In this document: positions 58,053 to 64,000 of the stretch, piece after piece
Numbering within the stretch: position 1 is the first letter of the stretch
Layout: every line of letters begins with the position of its first letter
Source: Tubulanus polymorphus
Lineage: Eukaryota; Animalia; Nemertea
Direction of reading: 5' to 3'
NCBI RefSeq assembly: GCF_964204645.1
Contig: NC_134025.1
Location: 3,534,001-3,598,000 of the forward strand
DNA: 64,000 nucleotides
Made by a program: the position numbers and the translations under genes
Notes under the pieces: model-generated
What the model was told of the DNA's origin: nothing
The model's input: only the letters and a program-made list of their open reading frames with translations
Databases searched by the model: none

Positions 58053-61000
58053 TTACCGTCTTTGCTTTTGAATGGTTCTGTGGTCAGTTTTCTTAAACTT
58101 TTCGTAATCACTTTCATCTTCTGATGATGTCAGCAGTGGATATATTCCTTGTGTAACTGGCTGTTTAGATTTGACAGCTGACGATTGATTCTTCGTCGGG
58201 GATATTTTCTTTTTGTCGACCGTCTTTTTTATGACCGCTGTCTCTTGTAACTGTTTCAGTTTTGCATGCGACGTTGATTTGGTCCATGAACGTTTGTGGC
58301 AATGTGGCTGGTCACTACTGTCGCTATCAGATGAGGAAGACTGAGACTTTGGTTCTGTAATCATGTGCATGACTACTTGTTGCTGTTGTAGAGACCGTCT
58401 TTGCAGAGGGCTATGGCTACTATCAGAGATTATTTCACCATCTTCACTAGGCGATTTATGTCTAGATGGACTGCGAGAAGGGCTACGGCCGCTTTGTCGA
58501 TCTGAACGACCGCGATAGTGTTTGTTTCTATAACGGTCTTTATCTGGAGAATATTTCGCTTTATTGTATCTACTTTTGGTAACTCCACTTGATTTTGACG
58601 ACTTTTCTTTTTGACTTATAGACGTCGAACTTGCTTTATATTCAGAATTATGCCCCGTTTTATGAGTAGCATGAGTCTTTCGTCCTGCATAGGGGCTAAC
58701 AGATTTTGACTTTTCATGATTCTTTGTCTTTTCTTCACTTCTTCCATAACTCCTTTTATATCCTTTAAATTCATCATCTTTTCTAGCTACTTTCCTATGG
58801 TAATCAGGCTTATCTAGATTTGGTTTTGATTTCGTTTTGCTGCCAAAAACCTTCTTTTGCATCAGGTTACTGTCACTTTTAATGCTAGGCGAAGGACTAC
58901 GCCTCTTTGGTGCAGGACTGACTGACTTGGATTTGAATTTTTCCTTTGCAATAATTGAAATCTTTTTCTCTTCTTTAACCTCTTCAATTGATTTCTTAAT
59001 GCGCAATGAATCTTTAACAGCTTCTTCGCTGTGCGATGGCTTTGGCTCCTCATGATGCTTGTGCTCCGATATTGGTTCTGGAGTTGATTTCTGAATATGG
59101 ATTGGTTCGCTAATTGGTTCTTCAATAGACAAATCATCTTTATTTGGCTCTTCAATATGACACGGCGGTTTCACGGGCTGATCGATAACTGGCGATTTGC
59201 TTTTACTTTGCATTTGAGAAACACACGAAGAGGATGAAGATGCCGAAGATGACGAAGAACTTGAAGTTGAACTACTGCTTGAACTACTACTACTACTACT
59301 AGAACTGCTGTCACTATCATCATCCGATGACCATTTTTGTCCTTTATCAATTATCGGCAAACAAGTCAACTGAGAAGTAGGTGATACCGTGACAGTTGGT
59401 ACAAGGAAATCCGACCCAAACAACTCTTTCGGGACGTCAGGTTGCATTTCATATTCACTCATAGATGCTTTGATATCGGTTTTATTCGAAGTTATAGATT
59501 CTTGTGAATTCATACATTCTTTCACAGGCGAAACATTTCTTGATCGTTTTGCTGGTGAAATATTTCCCTCGTGTGAAGAAACTTTTGGTGCAGGCGACAA
59601 TACATGTTCATAACCCTGTATATTAGGATGTTTTGATGGAGATTTACTCCGTTCTTCTGGGATTTGCTTCATCAATGTTGATTTTCCTGTTTTCTTCACA
59701 GGGGACATATCGCCACTAATAGATTGTCCAGTTGAAATGGTTTCAGTTTTTGATTCATCTGGCAACTCTTTATTCTGAAAAGATTTCTCTGTAATCTCTT
59801 GTTCAGTTAATTTGAGAATCCTTATTTGCTCCGATTCGTTACAAACTTCAACCTTCTTGGATGGTGATCTAATATCATCATTGTAGTTATACGATTGATC
59901 GCTTTTTATTTTCAGCTTTCCAGTTACTTCGTATTTGATTCCTGAACTTTCTAATAATTTCGTTGAATATATCCATTCATCTGCATTTTCATTTCCGTTT
60001 CCTTTGCTTTCACCTGGCTCATTAGATGGTTTTTCTTCACTTTCCATTTCAAGTTTTTGAGCCACACTTTCTTTTTCACTCGATCTGCTTTCTTTGGTCG
60101 ACATACTCTCTTCACTGCCGGTACTTATGTAAGTCTGATTTTCTAATTTCTCAGATTGATGGGCATGATCGACCACTGAATCTTTTGTGCATTTTTCATC
60201 TTCAGATTCAAAATCGTTTTGCCTCTCATTAGAATTTTCCATGCTACAAAGAGATGCTGATCTTGCGGGAGAGGAACACGTACTACCTGAATGGAAAGAA
60301 CCTGATCCAGACCAACTAGAGCGCATAGAACAACAGCAACTCGCATCTGATGCTGGTGACTGCGATCTTGATCGGGATCCACATTCAGCAGCTTCATTTG
60401 TTTCATCAAGATTCTTATCACCAGAATGATATTCATCAACTTCATTATTTGATTGAGAAGAATCTTTAATATCTTGAGTAGCAACCTCTGAAAAGATTTG
60501 TCTTTCTTTATCACGATGTGAGTTCCTTTGTTCAGAATCATCAGACTTCTCTTCTATATTGGCCTCAACATTATCTATATCTAACGGACATTTAACTGCC
60601 TCCGATGACTGTGCCTCTTTTACTTCAGTTTCCTCCATGCCACTGATATTCATAAATTGAGTCTTTGCTGCTTCCTCAAACTTAGCCTCTTGAAATTTCT
60701 GTTCTTTTTCATGAACATTCGTTACTGGTAATCCCTGAATTTCTTTTTCAGTTCTCGCTAATTGCTTTCTTAAATTCTCCATAGTACCACTTGTAAAATA
60801 CGCAACGGGTTTGCAAAACTTTCCACTTGGTTGTTCGCTGATTTGTATGTTACTTTCATCAGTCTTATCTTGACCTTTAGCCTCAATTGCATGGTGATGA
60901 TCATTAACATTTTCTTGAGCACGGTCATCAGTTGGCGAACAAGGTAGATCACTATAAATATCATCTGATGATGACTGACAAAGAACTGCAAATGGTGAAG

Positions 61001-64000
61001 TTTGGTTTCCCGTAGAATCGTCATTGCTTGCAGTGTTCAATTCTTTATCTTCTTCGTCAGAATTCGCTTTGGACTTTTTGCGGAAAGGGGATGGTGTTCG
61101 ACTTGAGAGCTGATCATTTGATTCACTACTTTCAGTTATTCTACTCTCAATGGGAACTAGTGGTTCACGATTATAATCACTACTGATAGGTATATCATTT
61201 GAGACAATAGCAACAATCTCTGTTACACCCTCTGATGTTGACAAACAATCATTTACTTCGTCAGATTGGAGTTCTAAAATAACATTCCCGTTCTCTTTGA
61301 TTTGATCATTAACCTTTTGGGTTGAGGAGGATGATTCAGTACTTGGTTCTTTACATGATGATGATTCAATATCAACATTTTGCTTTGTAGATGGCTCATT
61401 CTGTTTCTCAAAAGTATTTTCGACACTATCCTTAGGATCATAAACTGCATACATAGGACTTAAAGGGAGAGAAATCTCCGGATTCTCTTCGGTTAAGTGT
61501 GGTACGGCCTCTACAGTAGTTTCAGATTCCAATTGTACCTCAATGGTACCTATCTGCACCATATCTGCCATAATAACATGTTCATCACTCAGTCCAATTC
61601 CATGGGCCTCCCAGGGTGACATTTCCCTCCTTTGTGGCGATACGGACTGTGGTCTACTGTATATAGATGGCTCTGGTGAGGAAATATCAGTTCGATCTCT
61701 AACTGACGGTTTATGAAAATATGGTGCGGGTGATGCAGCACCTTCACTTTCTATAAACATGCCTGGTGATCTGTCATACATTGGAGACATATGTTGGCTT
61801 TGGTCAGGGGTTCTATTTACACTTGGTGAACAATGCGCCGGAGAAACAGAACATCTTGGTTCAGGAGAAGGTATTTGCTGACACGAAGGCGACTCGGCAT
61901 ATTTGTTCAAAGGTCGATTATTTTCCTCTCTCGAGGACGAATGTTCAGATTTCAATCGTTTCTTAGATTTAGAATACCTTTTGCCATCTCTGTAGTGACC
62001 ATACGGCAATACTTGTGGTTCCTTTAGTGCTTTTTCATTGTATATCTCAGATACGTGTCTTTTTGTCTTTGAAGATTTGGCTTCAGTAACGACAGGATAT
62101 TTTTCGTCCATCACGAATTTTGATGACTGAGCAAGTTCACTAGTTTCCTTTTGTATTTCATGAAGAGATTTCGACCGATGGGACTTTGAATGCTTTTTGG
62201 ACCTGGAATGTTGACTTGCGGCAACAGTTTCATGTTTCTCTTCATAACAAATCTGACTCGTGTGCACTGTTGGGCCTACTCCCAATGATTTGGAGTCTAG
62301 TGGGTGGACTACCTGACGATCCCCTGATTTACTACGAGATTTTGAGTGTTTCTTAGATTTGGAATGCTTTTTGCTTTCGATTTCTTCAAACTCCTCTTCA
62401 TCGCAGAAAACTCCACTTGATGACAATGCCACTGAGGAACTATTCGATTTCTTTTTCTTCTTTTTCTTGACTAAAATCCCATCACTTTCAATCCTCATCT
62501 TCTTCTCTTTTTCCTTGTGCTTTTTATGTTTCTTTGGATGTTCATTGTCATTCTTATTCTTTTTTCTTTTTTCTCTCTTTGTAGAGGATTCGAGTTGTCT
62601 CTCATTATTCAACTCAATAACTGGTTTAGTGTCTATAATTTTTTGTCCTTGTACTGTGTCCAATGCGTTAGATGCGTGACTTGATTGCTTCAGCAAATCC
62701 TTTTTGTCAAGACGAATTTGAGCTTCTTCGTGAATTTGTTTTTCATTAACGTCATCCAACGTTTCGGTCTTTTTCATTTCATGAATGAATTTCTCGCTAT
62801 CTTTTTTCGGCACAGATCGATTGATATCATTTATCATTGGTTTTATTTCCATAGATTTGTTAAAGCCTGTAGATGCAAGCTGGAAATTTTCCAAACTTTC
62901 GGAAGACTTCTCTTTGAATTTTCTTAACATCTCTGTATGAACTTCACTAATAACCTTTTTTGGTTTTGACTCCAATGAGGTATTAGGATACAAACTCTGG
63001 TCAACGTGACACCCAACGCGGCCTTCGTTTTTCATATCATTTTCATCTTTTGTCAATGCAGCTGAATTGAGAATATTATCAATTTGGGCAGATTTAGCTT
63101 TGGGGGAAGACTTTGACTTATGCGATATTGTTCTACTAATATGTGTATTGCTTGATTGTTGAGACTGCTTCGATCGTCTAGAACCAACAGATGGAGACCG
63201 ACTAGTGGCTTGGCTTGCAGGCACTGAACTTTTATTTCCAGTCTTCCTTTCGTCAGTACTGCTCCCAAGTTGTTTTTCAAGGAACTTGCTTCTTTTTCGA
63301 GGTATTTCATCTGTTACTGCAGATGGACTAATGTCCCGTGAGCTGCTATCAACGAAACTTGGCACAGAAAGTGTTCCTACATTTTCGTATTGATTGATAG
63401 ACGGTACAGTTGATAACTGATCCTCTGCCTTATGATGAACCTTTTCTGGGTGATCTCTGTATGATGAGGGAGCCGGTGATGGAGATGACCATTGACTTTT
63501 ATTCCTTTTGGTTTCAGAAACCAATGACCGACTTCTATCTGAAATTTCTGAAGCAGAACAAGGTTCTCTCGACAACTGTAATTTTAGCTTTTCTCGTTCC
63601 CTGGTCAGCATTTTATACTCTTCATCTTCGGTTATTGAGGCATATGGAATACACGTGTGTCTATCTTGCGCATGCTGATATATAGAGTCCTCTTCTGAAG
63701 AAGGTCGATATTCGGGTTGCTTTGGCTTTTTCTTGTGGCTATCTTTAGATTTGTTTGATTTACTAGACTTATGACTGTCCTGTCGTTCATATAAAGTACG
63801 GATCTTTGTAGCACTTTGCCCATCGCTCTTACTTGATCGGCGTGACTCCGTTGCTTGTTGCATTACCGATTGCTTACGCCATTCATGCAACTTTAATTCA
63901 TCAATTAACTTTTGTCGAAGTTGTCCAGATGAAGTGTCAGATCGTTGAGTCAACATATCTTCCTCAATGATATGCTGCCTTGCTTTGGGTGAATCAACAC
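58053..64000 (-). CDS. Giant terminal exon of an unidentified S/K/E/R-rich, probably disordered nuclear protein (5' part outside the window)
   Basis: The frame is open from the window edge to TAA at 58053 (>1980 codons). It has poly-Lys NLS-like runs, SP/RSP repeats and poly-Ser. No folded domain recognised. Confidence 0.85.
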   Translation of the reverse strand, partial: VDSPKARQHIIEEDMLTQRSDTSSGQLRQKLIDELKLHEWRKQSVMQQATESRRSSKSDGQSATKIRTLYERQDSHKSSKSNKSKDSHKKKPKQPEYRPSSEEDSIYQHAQDRHTCIPYASITEDEEYKMLTREREKLKLQLSREPCSASEISDRSRSLVSETKRNKSQWSSPSPAPSSYRDHPEKVHHKAEDQLSTVPSINQYENVGTLSVPSFVDSSSRDISPSAVTDEIPRKRSKFLEKQLGSSTDERKTGNKSSVPASQATSRSPSVGSRRSKQSQQSSNTHISRTISHKSKSSPKAKSAQIDNILNSAALTKDENDMKNEGRVGCHVDQSLYPNTSLESKPKKVISEVHTEMLRKFKEKSSESLENFQLASTGFNKSMEIKPMINDINRSVPKKDSEKFIHEMKKTETLDDVNEKQIHEEAQIRLDKKDLLKQSSHASNALDTVQGQKIIDTKPVIELNNERQLESSTKREKRKKNKNDNEHPKKHKKHKEKEKKMRIESDGILVKKKKKKKSNSSSVALSSSGVFCDEEEFEEIESKKHSKSKKHSKSRSKSGDRQVVHPLDSKSLGVGPTVHTSQICYEEKHETVAASQHSRSKKHSKSHRSKSLHEIQKETSELAQSSKFVMDEKYPVVTEAKSSKTKRHVSEIYNEKALKEPQVLPYGHYRDGKRYSKSKKRLKSEHSSSREENNRPLNKYAESPSCQQIPSPEPRCSVSPAHCSPSVNRTPDQSQHMSPMYDRSPGMFIESEGAASPAPYFHKPSVRDRTDISSPEPSIYSRPQSVSPQRREMSPWEAHGIGLSDEHVIMADMVQIGTIEVQLESETTVEAVPHLTEENPEISLPLSPMYAVYDPKDSVENTFEKQNEPSTKQNVDIESSSCKEPSTESSSSTQKVNDQIKENGNVILELQSDEVNDCLSTSEGVTEIVAIVSNDIPISSDYNREPLVPIESRITESSESNDQLSSRTPSPFRKKSKANSDEEDKELNTASNDDSTGNQTSPFAVLCQSSSDDIYSDLPCSPTDDRAQENVNDHHHAIEAKGQDKTDESNIQISEQPSGKFCKPVAYFTSGTMENLRKQLARTEKEIQGLPVTNVHEKEQKFQEAKFEEAAKTQFMNISGMEETEVKEAQSSEAVKCPLDIDNVEANIEEKSDDSEQRNSHRDKERQIFSEVATQDIKDSSQSNNEVDEYHSGDKNLDETNEAAECGSRSRSQSPASDASCCCSMRSSWSGSGSFHSGSTCSSPARSASLCSMENSNERQNDFESEDEKCTKDSVVDHAHQSEKLENQTYISTGSEESMSTKESRSSEKESVAQKLEMESEEKPSNEPGESKGNGNENADEWIYSTKLLESSGIKYEVTGKLKIKSDQSYNYNDDIRSPSKKVEVCNESEQIRILKLTEQEITEKSFQNKELPDESKTETISTGQSISGDMSPVKKTGKSTLMKQIPEERSKSPSKHPNIQGYEHVLSPAPKVSSHEGNISPAKRSRNVSPVKECMNSQESITSNKTDIKASMSEYEMQPDVPKELFGSDFLVPTVTVSPTSQLTCLPIIDKGQKWSSDDDSDSSSSSSSSSSSSSSTSSSSSSSASSSSSCVSQMQSKSKSPVIDQPVKPPCHIEEPNKDDLSIEEPISEPIHIQKSTPEPISEHKHHEEPKPSHSEEAVKDSLRIKKSIEEVKEEKKISIIAKEKFKSKSVSPAPKRRSPSPSIKSDSNLMQKKVFGSKTKSKPNLDKPDYHRKVARKDDEFKGYKRSYGRSEEKTKNHEKSKSVSPYAGRKTHATHKTGHNSEYKASSTSISQKEKSSKSSGVTKSRYNKAKYSPDKDRYRNKHYRGRSDRQSGRSPSRSPSRHKSPSEDGEIISDSSHSPLQRRSLQQQQVVMHMITEPKSQSSSSDSDSSDQPHCHKRSWTKSTSHAKLKQLQETAVIKKTVDKKKISPTKNQSSAVKSKQPVTQGIYPLLTSSEDESDYEKFKKTDHRTIQKQRR

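Noticed and set aside
58837-63823. Many short ORFs overlapping the giant exon
   Set aside because: Antisense or alternate-frame by-products of biased codon content.

Overview
AT-rich (roughly one-third GC), gene-dense animal genomic DNA with many introns of about 70-100 nt. It is probably from a spiralian invertebrate; that is inferred from a divergent TALE homeobox gene and is not established. Gene order: first coding exon of a cytosolic tyrosyl-tRNA synthetase (-), AGPAT3/4-like (+), MSH2 (-), LTO1/ORAOV1 (+), TIGAR (-), PPP5C (+), SYNCRIP/hnRNP Q-R (-), MAP3K7/TAK1 (-), PAXBP1/GCFC (+), a divergent TALE homeobox gene (+), PUS10 (-), ACOXL-like (+), a possible small secreted-peptide ORF (-), and a giant (>1980 codon) low-complexity terminal exon (-). 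TAK1 hosts a same-strand U2 snRNA gene and a same-strand DUF4787-like ORF. Several MITEs lie in introns. Top leads: (1) the DUF4787-like gene inside the GC-AG first intron of TAK1, which has a strong downstream donor and no canonical poly(A) signal; (2) a TyrRS with His in place of the substrate-binding Tyr, preceded by two decayed tandem copies of its start exon; (3) a SPILE-like TALE homeodomain with Glu at position 50 and upstream TCF sites; (4) a TAK1 cassette exon resembling vertebrate exon 12; (5) two U12-type introns. All gene identities come from recalled sequence similarity, not database searches, and exon boundaries were read by eye.
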